Notes: generated by a model from the sequence alone, not told the origin. Positions 50,758-61,792 are shown, counted from the stretch's first letter. The stretch is 64,000 nucleotides of DNA from an uncultured Bacillota bacterium (GCA_963804645.1 CAWDRG010000008.1:1-64000); one strand, 5' to 3'. Numbers and translations are program-made.

Positions 50758-53504
50758 CGCGTCTTGCCTCCGCCGCGCAGCCGCGCGATATACAGGCGCG
50801 CGGCCTCGTTCATCGACGCACCGCGCAGCTTCTCCTCCTCGGCGAAGCGCGCCTCCTCGGCGGCCCACCGGTCCGCGGACGCATACGCGTCGTCCTCGGC
50901 CTGCCGGCCCGGACGGTCGACCCCGCGGCCGCCGAAGACGGCGGCGATCGCCGCCGACAGATCGCCGACCCGCTGCGCGACCGCGGGCACGCGGCGCACC
51001 GTCACCTCCGCGAGCAGCAGTGCCGCCGCGAGGCCGGCGATGGGCGGCCAGCCGTCCGCCTGGCCCTGTCCAGATCCCGGACGGAACGCCTCGTCCGGCG
51101 AGTGCAGGAGGCTTCCCCCGGTCGCCTCGGTGAGCTGGGCGAGCAGCGCCGGATTGCCCCCGGGGTCGCGCAGCTCCGGTGAGTACGGGATCACCAACCC
51201 GCCGGCCCGCGTGCCGACCGCGCCTCCCGCGCCGCGTGCCGCGACCGTCACGGCGTAGGTGCCCGGCACGGCCGCCGGCCAGGTCGCCTCGTAGCGCCCG
51301 GGCGCGGTCTGGGTGACCTCGAGCGGACGGCGCGAGCCGCCCGGCCCCTGGACCGCCGCGGCGACCGTCAACCCGTCCCACGAACTGCCGTCGGGGTGAC
51401 GCGCGTCGAGGATCAGCCTGGCGTCGGAGCCGCGCGGGTCGCGCGCGAGCGACAGGTACAGCCCGGCGCCCTCGTCGCGCAGCGTCCACCGGATCGCCTG
51501 GGACCAGAATCGCGCGGCGTCGGGCCATGCCGCCCACCCCGACGTCCACCGGGCGCCGTCGTCCGAGGTGAACGCGACGGCGCGCCCGAGGCCGTACTGC
51601 CACGTCGCGAGCACCGGATCGCGCCGCGGCCCCTCGAGCGCCACGTCCGCGGTGGGCTTCGCCACCGCGGCGACGTAGCCCGCGATCGGCGGCGGCGTCC
51701 CGACGTCGACGAGCGTCGGCGCCTGACCAACGCGCGCGAGCGGCGTGGGCTCCTCGACGACGTACGACCGGACGGCGATCAGCGCTTCGGTCGTGAAGAT
51801 CTCGGGGATGTCGTAGAAATCCTTCGCCACGTAGGACCGTCCGTTGCCCCAGCGCGCGACGTTCCGCATAAACGTGAGGTCCGCGTCGCTGCCGATCGCG
51901 ACCGTGCTGACCGTGAGCTTCTCGCGGGCCATCTGCGACACGAGCGTGTGGAAATCGCCGGGGTCCGTCAGCCCGTCGCTCATGACGATCACGTGCCGGA
52001 CCTTGGCGGGCGACTTCACCAAGAACCGCTCGGCCCCGACGAGCGGCGGATACATCAGCGTGCCCCCGCCCGCGCTGATCCGGGCGACCTCGTTGAGGAT
52101 GCGGTCCTTGAAGCGGGCTTCCGTCGGCGGCACGAGCCACCGGTACGTCTGATCGAACGTGATCACGCCGATCTGATCGTGCTCGCTCAGGAGATCGATC
52201 GTGGACGACGCGATCTCCTTGGCGAGGTCCTCCTTGGCCAGCTCGGAGCCGAACGCCTCCATGCTGCCCGAGGTGTCGAGCACCAGCACCACCGCGACGG
52301 TCGGGAGCGCGGTCTGCTGGCGGACGTCCATGCGGACCGGCAGGATCGTCTCGAGCGGCGTGCCCGCGTATCTGCCGACGCCGTAGCTGTGGGGCCCGCC
52401 GACGGCGACCAGCCCGCCGCCGAGCGCACCGACGAACGTCTGGAGCCCCTCCTGCTGCGCCGCGCTCAGATCGGACGCGCCGATGTCATCCAGGACGACG
52501 CTGCCGTACGGCGCGAACCCCGTCGGCAGCGTGGGCACCTGATCGGGAGTCCGGACATCGACGCGCAGGCCCTGCCGGGCGAGCGACTCGGGCAGCACGG
52601 TGGGATCCTCGGCCACGAACAGCACGCGGGGCGCGCCGCGCACGACGACCAGCGCCTCGCCGTGGTTGTTCCCGGGCAGGCTGAACGGCGGCGCGGCGAC
52701 GTCGACCCGGTACCGCAGCAGCGACTCGCTCGTCACCCGGTCGGTAAACGACACGGCCGTTTCTCCGGGCGCCACCGCCACGCGGCGTGTCGCGATCGGC
52801 GTGCCGTCCCGGCTCAGGGTCACCGCGGCCTGGACCGGCACCGTGGCACGCAGCACCGCACGCACCTCGTAGGCTTCCCCCACATGCACCTCCGCGGGGG
52901 TGGCCAGGTCGTCGACCAGGATCTCGGGCGGCGCGGTCGCGCCGAGAGGCACCGCGTCGACCGCGATGCCGTCGGCCGCGGCGCGGCGGGCCGCGGCGAC
53001 CGCGTTGCCCGCGTTCTCGGCCCCATCGCTCAGCACGACGATCCGGCGCGCGCCGTCGCGCGGCAGCACGGCGCGCGCCAGATCGATGCCCGCGCCGATG
53101 TCGGTCGCGTCCGGCTCCGGCGCCGTCGCGAGCTCATCGACCCCGAGACGGGGCGCGACCGGCGACTGCAGCAGCGGCTGCCCCGCGAAGGTGACGACGC
53201 CGGCCTCATCGTCCGGGTGCATCCGGGCGAGCGCGTCTCTGACGAATCCCGTCTCCGCACGCGCGTCGTTGGACGTGATGCTGAGCGACCGGTCCGCGAC
53301 GAACGCGACGCGGACGCCCGCCACCGGCACGCGAAGGATCGGTTCGGCGAGCGCCAGCACGAGCAGGGCGAGCAGCGCCGCACGCAGCACCGTCGCGATC
53401 CGCCAACGGCGCCCGACGCGGCGGCGCCCCAGATGCCACACGACCAGCACGAGGGGCAGCAGCAGGAGCCACAGCGGCTGCTGGAAGCCGATCGGCAGCG
53501 TCAC
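50754..53504 (-). CDS. VWA domain membrane protein (two VWA domains plus GATase-like region)
   Basis: DRSLS and DTSGS MIDAS motifs, LSDGAEN, MSDG, WQYGLGRAVAFTSD. Confidence 0.88.
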   Translation of the reverse strand: MTLPIGFQQPLWLLLLPLVLVVWHLGRRRVGRRWRIATVLRAALLALLVLALAEPILRVPVAGVRVAFVADRSLSITSNDARAETGFVRDALARMHPDDEAGVVTFAGQPLLQSPVAPRLGVDELATAPEPDATDIGAGIDLARAVLPRDGARRIVVLSDGAENAGNAVAAARRAAADGIAVDAVPLGATAPPEILVDDLATPAEVHVGEAYEVRAVLRATVPVQAAVTLSRDGTPIATRRVAVAPGETAVSFTDRVTSESLLRYRVDVAAPPFSLPGNNHGEALVVVRGAPRVLFVAEDPTVLPESLARQGLRVDVRTPDQVPTLPTGFAPYGSVVLDDIGASDLSAAQQEGLQTFVGALGGGLVAVGGPHSYGVGRYAGTPLETILPVRMDVRQQTALPTVAVVLVLDTSGSMEAFGSELAKEDLAKEIASSTIDLLSEHDQIGVITFDQTYRWLVPPTEARFKDRILNEVARISAGGGTLMYPPLVGAERFLVKSPAKVRHVIVMSDGLTDPGDFHTLVSQMAREKLTVSTVAIGSDADLTFMRNVARWGNGRSYVAKDFYDIPEIFTTEALIAVRSYVVEEPTPLARVGQAPTLVDVGTPPPIAGYVAAVAKPTADVALEGPRRDPVLATWQYGLGRAVAFTSDDGARWTSGWAAWPDAARFWSQAIRWTLRDEGAGLYLSLARDPRGSDARLILDARHPDGSSWDGLTVAAAVQGPGGSRRPLEVTQTAPGRYEATWPAAVPGTYAVTVAARGAGGAVGTRAGGLVIPYSPELRDPGGNPALLAQLTEATGGSLLHSPDEAFRPGSGQGQADGWPPIAGLAAALLLAEVTVRRVPAVAQRVGDLSAAIAAVFGGRGVDRPGRQAEDDAYASADRWAAEEARFAEEEKLRGASMNEAARLYIARLRGGGKTR

Positions 53505-55306
53505 GCGTCACCCCCCGAGCGGCGGGTCGCCAGCGCCCACTCCGCCAGCACGGCGGCCACGGCGGCGGCCACCAGCCCGGGCCACAGCGGCACGCGCACG
53601 AGCACGGTCTGGGGCACGCCCGCGGGTCCCTGCACCGGCGCGGCCGAGGTGCCCGCCGGCGCCGACCCGGGGCGGATCACGCTCGCCTGGGGCGCTCCGA
53701 TTTGTGCGGCGAACACGCGGTCCGCGCCGCCCGGAACCGAGAGGCGGTAGAGGCCGGCGTGCACAAGCGGCGGCAGGACGAACACCCCGTCGACCGGCCG
53801 GAGCGCCGCGCGCCCGCCGCCGGGGTCGGTGAGCGTCGCCGCGGGCGCCGCGCCCGCAGGCACCTCCACGTCGTCTCCGACGCGGGCGTCCGCGATCGCG
53901 CCGCCGAGCCACGCGAGGCTGTTCTGCACCAAGATCGGAAACGCCACGTGCAGCGGGAGGTCGGAGTCCTCGAGCGCAAACCCCAGGATCACAATCCGCA
54001 CGCCGCCGCCGTCGTAGGCCCAGACGAGCGGCACGGCACCCTCGGCCAGGACCCGGCCCCCCTCCGGGGCGAGCGCGAGCGCCCGGTCGATCCGCACGCT
54101 GCTGAGGTCCACGAACCGCAGCACCGGGTCGTCGCGATCCCACGCCGCGACGGTCGGGTGCGAGACCACGCCCGAGGCACTCACCGGCAGACCCGACGGC
54201 ACGGTCCCGATCGCGAGGTAGTTCCCCGGCGGCAGCGTCCCGACGTCGACGCGGTCGAGAATCACGATCCCGAACCGGCTCCACGTCGCGGGGGACACCG
54301 TCGCGGTCTCGGCGGCGCGAGCCACCGGCAGCACGCGCAGCATGCCCTCGAGATACGGACTGCCGCGGCTCACAAGCAGGACCGACGGCAGCGGCGTCGG
54401 ATCGATCACCGCCGTCGCCTGGTCATCCGCCGGCAGCAGGTCGTGCACGTCGAGCCGGGCACGGAGCACGCCGGCGCCGGCGACCGGGAACACGGTCGTC
54501 CAGGTGTCCCCCGGCGTGACGGTGACCGTCCGCCGATACACCACGACGTCGCCCAACCGAACCTCGAGGGGGACCTGGCGTGCGGCGCCGCCGTCGTTGG
54601 CGACGCGCACGAGCACCCGCACCCCGTCGGCGTCGCGCAGCACCCGGAACTCGGTAATCGCGACGTTGTCGTCCGAGGTCCCGACGATCCGGTAGGTCAC
54701 CCCGGCCACCGACGGCAGCGCGCCGCGCGCCCCGTCCGTCCACACGAGGACTTGCCCGCCGGGGCCCGGCTGCTGGGCGGCCCCGAGCGTCACCGCCGCG
54801 GCGACGTCTCCCTGGGCGTCCCACGGCGCCGCCGCGCGCAGCGCGCCCGCGAGCGCGCGCCGGTCGTCGGTCAGCGCGGCGAGCAAGAGTGGATGGGGCG
54901 CGGCAAGCACGACCGCTGCCCGCTGCCCCGGCGCGAGGCGCGACACGATCTCGAGCGCCTCGGCGCGGGCCCGGTCGAACCGGGTCGGCGCCACGTCACG
55001 CGCCTGCATCGACAGCGAGCCGTCGAGCACCAGCACGATATCGCGGCCCGCGACGCCCCGGCCGATCACCGCGGGTCGCGCGAGCCCGACGACGAGGCAG
55101 GCGACCGCCAACAACTGCAGCAGGAGCAGGAGGCTCCGCTCAATCCGGCGCGACGGCCGGGACGCGGCCAGCGACGGCGCCGACCGCCGCCACAAGAGGA
55201 TGCTGCTGACCGGCTGCTCCCGGCGCCGGACCCGCAGCAGATAGAGCAGCACGAACAGCGGCAGGGCCAGCAGCCCCCACAGCGCCGCCGGAGCGCCGAA
55301 CGTCAC
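53501..55306 (-). CDS. BatA-N/VWA domain protein
   Basis: N-terminal LLYLLRVRR..VSSILLW, LARP, DGSLSM..TRFDRA; C-terminal EW. Confidence 0.85.
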   Translation of the reverse strand: MTFGAPAALWGLLALPLFVLLYLLRVRRREQPVSSILLWRRSAPSLAASRPSRRIERSLLLLLQLLAVACLVVGLARPAVIGRGVAGRDIVLVLDGSLSMQARDVAPTRFDRARAEALEIVSRLAPGQRAAVVLAAPHPLLLAALTDDRRALAGALRAAAPWDAQGDVAAAVTLGAAQQPGPGGQVLVWTDGARGALPSVAGVTYRIVGTSDDNVAITEFRVLRDADGVRVLVRVANDGGAARQVPLEVRLGDVVVYRRTVTVTPGDTWTTVFPVAGAGVLRARLDVHDLLPADDQATAVIDPTPLPSVLLVSRGSPYLEGMLRVLPVARAAETATVSPATWSRFGIVILDRVDVGTLPPGNYLAIGTVPSGLPVSASGVVSHPTVAAWDRDDPVLRFVDLSSVRIDRALALAPEGGRVLAEGAVPLVWAYDGGGVRIVILGFALEDSDLPLHVAFPILVQNSLAWLGGAIADARVGDDVEVPAGAAPAATLTDPGGGRAALRPVDGVFVLPPLVHAGLYRLSVPGGADRVFAAQIGAPQASVIRPGSAPAGTSAAPVQGPAGVPQTVLVRVPLWPGLVAAAVAAVLAEWALATRRSGGDA

Positions 55307-56217
55307 CGGACGAGGCCCCCCTGCCGCAGATAGCGGAGGATCAACAGATCGACGGGCACCGAGGATGCCGTGCGCACGTAGTCGATCCGGTGCCGGAAGC
55401 AGAAGCGTTCGAGATCACGGAAGTAGGCGTCGCGCGCCGCGGCGTACTCGCGCAGCGCCTCCGCGTCCACCGACAGCTCGATCGCGCGCCCGGTTTCGAC
55501 GTCGACGAGCCGCAGCTCGCCCGACAACTGCGGGGCGATCTCCTCATCCGCGAGCACGTGGATCACGAACGTTTGGAACCGGTGGTGGCGCGCCTGCAGC
55601 AGGGCGTGCTCGTACCCGTGCGGGTCCAGCAGATCGGAGAGCAGAACTAGGAGGCCGCCCCGGCGCTGCTCGCCGAGATCGCGGGTCAGCGCCTGGCCGA
55701 GGTTCGTCTCGCCGCTCGGGGTCAACCGGTCGAGAAAGCGCAAGAGATCGAACGCGCGGCCGCGCCCGCGCAGCCGGGGCAGGTGCGGACCCCGGTCGGA
55801 GGCCACGGCGGTCACGGTGACCCGGTCGAGGTTGCTGAGCCCGATGTACCCGATCGCCGCGGCGACCCGCTTCGCCAGCGCGAGCTTGCTCGGGGTACCG
55901 GCGGCCATCGACGCGCTCGTGTCCACGACGAGGCGGACCTCGAGATCCTCCTCTTCGCTGAACAGCTTCACGAAGATCCGGTCGAGGCGGGAGACGATGT
56001 TCCAGTCGATGTAGCGGTAGTCATCGCCCGGCTCGTAGGGCCGGTAGTCGTCGAACTCGATGCCGCGCCCCTTCACGATGCTGCGGCGCTCTCCGCGCAG
56101 CTGCCCCTGCACTCGGCGCCGGCTGATCAGGCTCAGCGTTTCGAGGCGCTGGAGAAACGCCGGGTCAAACAGGCGCGCATCCTGCGCGTCAGATTCCGGA
56201 GGGACCGGCAGGGACAT
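55303..56217 (-). CDS. DUF58 domain protein
   Basis: GIEFDDYRPYEPGDDYRYIDWN, DTSASM, LSDLL. Confidence 0.92.
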   Translation of the reverse strand: MSLPVPPESDAQDARLFDPAFLQRLETLSLISRRRVQGQLRGERRSIVKGRGIEFDDYRPYEPGDDYRYIDWNIVSRLDRIFVKLFSEEEDLEVRLVVDTSASMAAGTPSKLALAKRVAAAIGYIGLSNLDRVTVTAVASDRGPHLPRLRGRGRAFDLLRFLDRLTPSGETNLGQALTRDLGEQRRGGLLVLLSDLLDPHGYEHALLQARHHRFQTFVIHVLADEEIAPQLSGELRLVDVETGRAIELSVDAEALREYAAARDAYFRDLERFCFRHRIDYVRTASSVPVDLLILRYLRQGGLVR

Positions 56218-56225
56218 CCGCCGGC

Positions 56226-57239
56226 CTACGCGCCGCCGGCGGCCGACGCGGCCGCGCCGACCTCGTTGATCGCCGCACGCAGCAGGTCGTCCGGATCCGC
56301 GCCCTCGGCCTCTCCCTCGAAGTTCATGATCAACCGGTGCCGCAGCGCGGGCAGCGCGAGCGCCTGGATGTCCTCGATCGACACGTTGAAGCGCCCCTCG
56401 GCGAGCGCGCGCACCTTGCCCGCCCGGATCAGCGCCTGCAGTCCGCGCGGGCTCGCGCCGTAGCGGATGAAGCGCTTGGCGCCGGCCGACGCGCCCGGAG
56501 TGTCGCCGTGGGTCGCGAGCACGAGCCGCGCCGCGTAGTGCTGCACGTGGGCCGCCGCCGGCACCTGACGCGCGGTCGCCTGCATGGCGCGCACGGCGGT
56601 GCCGTCGAGGACTTGGTGCGCGACGGGCTCCTCGGGCCCGGTCGTCCGCTCGGCGATCGCGCTCAACTCCTCGAGGCTCGGAAACGGCACGCGCAGCTTG
56701 AACAGAAACCGGTCGAGCTGCGCCTCCGGCAGCGGATAAGTGCCCTCCATCTCGATCGGATTCTGCGTGGCGAGCACGAAAAACGGACGCTCGAGCGGCC
56801 GGGATTCCCCGGCCGTCGAGACCGCGTGCTCCTGCATCGCTTCGAGGAGCGCGGACTGCGTCTTCGGCGTCGCCCGGTTGATCTCGTCCGCGAGCACGAT
56901 CTGGGCGAACACCGGGCCGGGCTGGAACTCGAACCGGCGGCGCCCGGCCTCGTCCTGCACGATCAGGTTCGTGCCGAGGATGTCCGCGGGCATCAGGTCC
57001 GGCGTGAACTGGATCCGCGAGAAGCGCAGGTCCAGCGCCTGCGCGAGCGTGCGCACGAGCAGCGTCTTGCCGAGCCCCGGGACGCCCTCGAGCAGCACGT
57101 GCCCGTCGGCCATCAGCGCGGTCACCACCAAGTCCAGCAGCGGCTCGTGCCCGACGATCACCCGGCCGAGCTCCTCACGCACCGCCGCGTACCCTCGGCG
57201 AAACTCCTCCACCTCGCGCGATCCGGCGAGATCCGTCAC
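56226..57239 (-). CDS. MoxR-family AAA+ ATPase
   Basis: GVPGLGKT, RIQFTPDLMPAD, DEINRATPKTQSALLE, YPLPEAQLDRF. Confidence 0.96.
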   Translation of the reverse strand: MTDLAGSREVEEFRRGYAAVREELGRVIVGHEPLLDLVVTALMADGHVLLEGVPGLGKTLLVRTLAQALDLRFSRIQFTPDLMPADILGTNLIVQDEAGRRRFEFQPGPVFAQIVLADEINRATPKTQSALLEAMQEHAVSTAGESRPLERPFFVLATQNPIEMEGTYPLPEAQLDRFLFKLRVPFPSLEELSAIAERTTGPEEPVAHQVLDGTAVRAMQATARQVPAAAHVQHYAARLVLATHGDTPGASAGAKRFIRYGASPRGLQALIRAGKVRALAEGRFNVSIEDIQALALPALRHRLIMNFEGEAEGADPDDLLRAAINEVGAAASAAGGA

Positions 57240-58816
57240 GGCGTGCCTCCCAGCGTCTCGAAGTACTGGCGGATCAGCGTGAGGTACGCGGGCGGCAGCG
57301 GCGCCTGCGACATCGCCCGGTCGATCTCGCGGGTAACCGCTGGAGAGGTGCGCCCCGCCGGCAGCCGCGATGCCCCGGCCTGGCCGGGCGCGACGATCTC
57401 CTTGATCGTCGACGGCCCTTCGCCCTGGATCCCCGGGAGGTGCTCCTCGGCGCGCGTGGCGCGAATCCGCGGGCTCGGCGCGCCCAGACGGCCGCCGGTC
57501 CCCTTCCCGGGCAGGCTGCCCTGGTTCGGGCCGGGCGGCGCCGGCGGTCCGGCGTCGCTGCTCGGCTCGGTCGGGGCGTTCGGCCCGGACGCCGTCGGCG
57601 GCGGCGCGCTCTTCGACGATCCCGTCTCGGGCGTCGTGTCGGAGCCGCCAGTCGGCGCGGCGTCCGCGATCCGCGAGGCGGAGCTCTGAACGTCCTTGCT
57701 CGCCTCTCCCAGCATCTCGTCGTCTCCGGCCATCTGCTCCATGTCCTGCAGATTCTCAAGCGCCTCGTTGAGCGCACCCGACGCGGCCGCCGGATGCCCC
57801 GCCGCGGCTTCCTGACGCGCCTTGGCGACGGCCTGCCGGGTCGAGACCGGGGCGTTCATCTGATCGAGCGAGTCCGACAGCGCCTGCATCTGGGACGACA
57901 GCTGCCGCGGGTCGACCGGACTGCCGCCCCGCTCGAGCTGTCCGGTGAGCTGGCGCACCTGGCGCACCGCGGCGCTCAGGCGCTCGAGCCGCTGCGCCGG
58001 GGTCTCGTTGGCTTGGGGCGTCGCCGGCGACACGGTTCCCCCGGTGCGGGTCTGCGAGAGCGCCGCGTCGAGCTGCCGCTGCACCTGCTGCTGCGCCGCG
58101 CTCAGCTGGCGGTCCGTGTCGCGCAGCAGCGCAAGCGCCTGCTGGCGGTCGATGCGGGACGATTCCAGCCGCTGGCCCAGCTCCTCGAGCCGCGGCGCCG
58201 CGCGTTGGGTCTCGGGCAGCCCGCGCGAGCGCGCCGCCGCTTCAAGCTGCCGGCCGGCCCCCGCGATCGCCTGTCCCTCTTGGTGGATGGCAGCCGCCAC
58301 TCTTGCCGAAGGCGTCGCGGGCAGCGACCACCCCATGAGCAGCCGCGCCCACACGAGCAATACGACGCACGCGGCCGCGGCCAGGCCGGCGTCGCGCGGC
58401 ACTCGAACCGGCGCGACGTCCCGCGGGACGACCGTATGGGACACCGCCATCGCATCCGAGATCTGCAGACGCGCGAGGCCGAGCGGAGGCGTGGGCCGGG
58501 CGAGCAGTTCGAGGGCCGTGCTCAGGCGGTCCGCAAGCCCGGCGCCCCGATCGGCGATCTGCGCGGCCTGCGCCAGCGGCGGCCGGAGCCGCCACGACAG
58601 CACCACGAACGCCAGGGCGAGTGCGCCGCCGAGGCCACCCGCCAGCCGGGCGAGCGGAAACGGCACCGGGATCACCGCGGTGAGCAGCGCCCACACGACG
58701 AGGCCCGCCCCGCAGACGGCCGCGCCGCGCGCGACGATCGCGGCGGCCGCGGCCACGCCCCGCCGGAACGCGACGCGGCGCAGCAGCGTCCGAAGCACCA
58801 TGTACTCGTGGCTCAC
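57236..58816 (-). CDS. Membrane-anchored coiled-coil hypothetical protein (MoxR-cluster associated)
   Basis: N-terminal TM helices, ADRLSTALE, Q-rich coiled coil, C-terminal LPPAY..LIRQYF. Confidence 0.75.
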   Translation of the reverse strand: MSHEYMVLRTLLRRVAFRRGVAAAAAIVARGAAVCGAGLVVWALLTAVIPVPFPLARLAGGLGGALALAFVVLSWRLRPPLAQAAQIADRGAGLADRLSTALELLARPTPPLGLARLQISDAMAVSHTVVPRDVAPVRVPRDAGLAAAACVVLLVWARLLMGWSLPATPSARVAAAIHQEGQAIAGAGRQLEAAARSRGLPETQRAAPRLEELGQRLESSRIDRQQALALLRDTDRQLSAAQQQVQRQLDAALSQTRTGGTVSPATPQANETPAQRLERLSAAVRQVRQLTGQLERGGSPVDPRQLSSQMQALSDSLDQMNAPVSTRQAVAKARQEAAAGHPAAASGALNEALENLQDMEQMAGDDEMLGEASKDVQSSASRIADAAPTGGSDTTPETGSSKSAPPPTASGPNAPTEPSSDAGPPAPPGPNQGSLPGKGTGGRLGAPSPRIRATRAEEHLPGIQGEGPSTIKEIVAPGQAGASRLPAGRTSPAVTREIDRAMSQAPLPPAYLTLIRQYFETLGGTP

Positions 58817-59517
58817 GACGCTCCGTACCTCCGGAGTGCGAGCTGCGCGAGACCGCCCGCCGCGAGCCCGAGCGCCGCGTAGACGATCACGGCCTGCACG
58901 GGAAACGCGCCGCCGGCCGCGCGCGCCACGGCGACGATCGGGTTCAGCCACTGCTGATCCACCGGCAGCGCGAGGGTGGCGACAAACAGCGCGAGCAGCG
59001 TCGTCCAGTGCACCACCGCGCGCGAAAACTCAGAGTCGATGACGATGCTGTAGAGCAGTCCGAGCTGCGCGATGCCCCACGCCTCGATCGCGACCAGCGC
59101 GGACACGGCCGCGAGCATCGCCACCGAACCCTGCCGGATCCCGATGGCGAGAATCAGCAGCGGAGACCCGAGCAGCAGCCAGTAGACGATCGTCGCCAGC
59201 GACGCGAGGCTCTTCCCCACGACGATCATCCGCCGCGGGAAGGGCCCGAACGCGAGGTCCACCGAGGGCCGCTCGCCCTCGACCGCGATCTCCTGCGCCG
59301 CGCAGGCCGACGCAAAGTAGGTCACGAGCACCCCCTGCACGCCGAGCAGCGCGAGCCCCAGGCTGGTTTGGTTGGACACCTCGGGCCGGTTCAGTTCGGG
59401 CGGAAGGCCGAGCAGCGTGAGCAGCCCGAGGATCCCGAGGTAGAAGAACTCGATAGCGAGGACCTTGCGGCTGGCCCCTCGAGCCCGGAGATCCCCGCGC
59501 AGAACGGCGTTGCCCAC
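58813..59517 (-). CDS. ABC-2-type permease-like membrane protein
   Basis: NAVLRGDLR, IAVEGE, IVVGK and about six TM helices. Confidence 0.65.
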   Translation of the reverse strand: MGNAVLRGDLRARGASRKVLAIEFFYLGILGLLTLLGLPPELNRPEVSNQTSLGLALLGVQGVLVTYFASACAAQEIAVEGERPSVDLAFGPFPRRMIVVGKSLASLATIVYWLLLGSPLLILAIGIRQGSVAMLAAVSALVAIEAWGIAQLGLLYSIVIDSEFSRAVVHWTTLLALFVATLALPVDQQWLNPIVAVARAAGGAFPVQAVIVYAALGLAAGGLAQLALRRYGAS

Positions 59518-59522
59518 CGCGG

Positions 59523-61323
59523 CTATCGCCCTGCCACCGGCAGCAGCAGGATCGCGGGGCGCGCATCGACCGTTCCGCCGTCCGCCAAGTCAAACACAGG
59601 CACGGTGTGCGGGATCTCCCCTACGAGGATCGGCGTTGTGGGGTTCATTATAACATCGCCCGTAGACGCCTGGAAGATCCACGCGCGGACCGGGGTGTGG
59701 CTGTCGATCTCCGTCAGCGACACCCATCGCGACGGATCCATCGCGTGCGTCGACGCCCCCGGCGGGAGGTCGCCCGAACCGGTAGGTGCGCGCGCCCCAA
59801 CGCAGCTCCGCGCGCCGGACCGGTTCGGGGCCGACATCGACCGTCAGCGTGCGCCCGTCCGCGGTGATCTCCGCGCGCGCCGCGAACTGCGCAAGGGCGA
59901 GCGACTGGAACGCGCGCATCTCCGCGCCCGCCGGCAGCGTGCCTTCCAGCACGGTGCCGGTGTCGGCGACCGTGGCGCGCAGATCGCCCGAGGCCGCGGC
60001 CGGGCCGACCACCTCCCGCGGGGCGCCGCGCACGCGGTACGGTCCACCGTACGGGACCGACACGACCGCCACGGTCAGCGCGCGGGCCGCGTCGGTCCCC
60101 GGTGCGGCTTCGAAAAACGTGACCTCCGCGACCGACGTCGACCGGCCGCGCACGTCGCCGGCGAGCAGCCAAAACACGGCCAGCGCGATCACGACGACCC
60201 CCACGGAGGCCAGCGCGCCCGCGCCCGGGGCGCGGCGCCGCGCGATCAGGTAGAGCACGCCCAGGTAGGCGACGATCGCGCCCGCCACCAGCGCGTGCAC
60301 CCCCGGCCCGATCGGGGTGCCGTTCGGCAGCAGGTCCGCGACGCTCGAGACATTGACGAGCGGCCTGGACGGCGGCCCGAGCGCCCCCACCCACAGCCCC
60401 TGGCGGCCCGCCCATCCGGCCACCGGGGGCTGCCACGGATCGACGCCCCACACCGCGACCCATCCCAGCCCGACGGCGGCGCTGGCGATCACCGGGATCC
60501 CGCCGAGGCGCGTCACCGTGGCGCCGGGGCGCGGCGCGAGGGCCGTCACCGTGTACGGCCCCGGCGGCCACGCGGCGCCCGGGGACGCGGTCGCTCCGCC
60601 GGACACCGTCAACGACCGGACGTCCCCGGCGTCGGCCGGCAGGATGTCGTCGAGAAACGCGGGCGCCGGGACGCCCTGGCGCACGATCACGACCAGGCGC
60701 CCGCCGAGGCGCACCCATGTCGCGAGCGCGTCGCGCTGCTCGTCGTCGAGGCGCGCCGGGTCCAGATCCCGGATCACGAGCAGGTCGACGGCCCCGTACT
60801 CCTGCCAGCGGTGCGGCAGCGCGTCCGCGTCGGCGTACGCGGGGACGACCCGCTCGTCAAGGCGCGAGAGTGAATCCAGACCGGCGTGCTCGTCGGAGAG
60901 CGTGACGACCACGCGGCCGCCGACGAGCGAGGGGGTAATCGGCACGACGCGGCGCGCTACCTCGCGACCGGCCATGAGGACGCGCACCACCAGCGGTTGT
61001 CGGATATTGCCGAGCACCACGGGAACATCGAACGATTGCAGCGCACCGGGCTCGGCCTCAAACGGCACCACCGTCGTGTCGGTCACCGGGCCGGCCTGTG
61101 GGCCCATCGCCGGGGCGTCGATCACGAGCGACGCGGGGCCCGCCTCCGGCAGCAGCGAGACCGCGACCCGCACCGGCACCGGGACGCCGACCCGCACCGC
61201 GCCGGCGAATCCCACGCGCACGTCGAGCCCGCCCGCCTGCGCCGCCGCCGCGGGCCGGGCCAGCAGCAGGACCCCACAAAGCACAGCGAGGGCATGGCCC
61301 GAGAGCCATGCCCTCGTCCGCAC
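59523..61323 (-). CDS. Secreted/membrane hypothetical protein with GATase-like region; +1 frameshift near 59774
   Basis: Signal peptide, LPHRWQEYGAVDLLVI, LATWVRLGGRLVV. An extra G in TTCGGGCGAC joins ORF 59590..61593 to 59523..59837. Confidence 0.65.
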
Positions 61324-61330
61324 CGATCGA

Positions 61331-61666
61331 CTAGGACGACTTGGCCCCGGCACTGGGCGCCACGGGCGTCGTGGACTTCTTGTCGCTGCCGCCGGCGGCG
61401 CCGTCACTGCTCCCCGAAGTGCTGGATGTCGTCGACGCAGCCGGCGCCGGCGCGGCCGGCTTCTTGGCGTCGCCCTCGACCGGCGCGGGCGTCTTGCGAT
61501 AGTCGTTGATGTGGAATCCCGATCCCTTGAAGATGATCCCGACCGGAGAGAACACCTTGCGCACTGGACCGCCGCAGCGCTCACAGCGCTCAACCGTCCC
61601 GCTGACGCCGTGCGTCACTTCGAACTGGTGGCCGCATTTCGTGCACTTGTATTCGTAGAGCGGCAT
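61331..61666 (-). CDS. FmdB-family zinc-ribbon protein
   Basis: MPLYEYKCTKCG...CERCGG...IIFKGSGF. Promoter TTGACA-17-CACAAT at 61748-61776. Confidence 0.92.
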   Translation of the reverse strand: MPLYEYKCTKCGHQFEVTHGVSGTVERCERCGGPVRKVFSPVGIIFKGSGFHINDYRKTPAPVEGDAKKPAAPAPAASTTSSTSGSSDGAAGGSDKKSTTPVAPSAGAKSS

Positions 61667-61792
61667 CCGTCACCTCCAACGCCGCACATGCTGCGGCCCC
61701 GCCCGCGCGGCGGGCAGGGCCGCCATGCGCTTCCGATACCTCTTCTTATTGTGGGCTCCCCTCCACAGGGTGTCAAGCAAGCCGGCGGCGCC

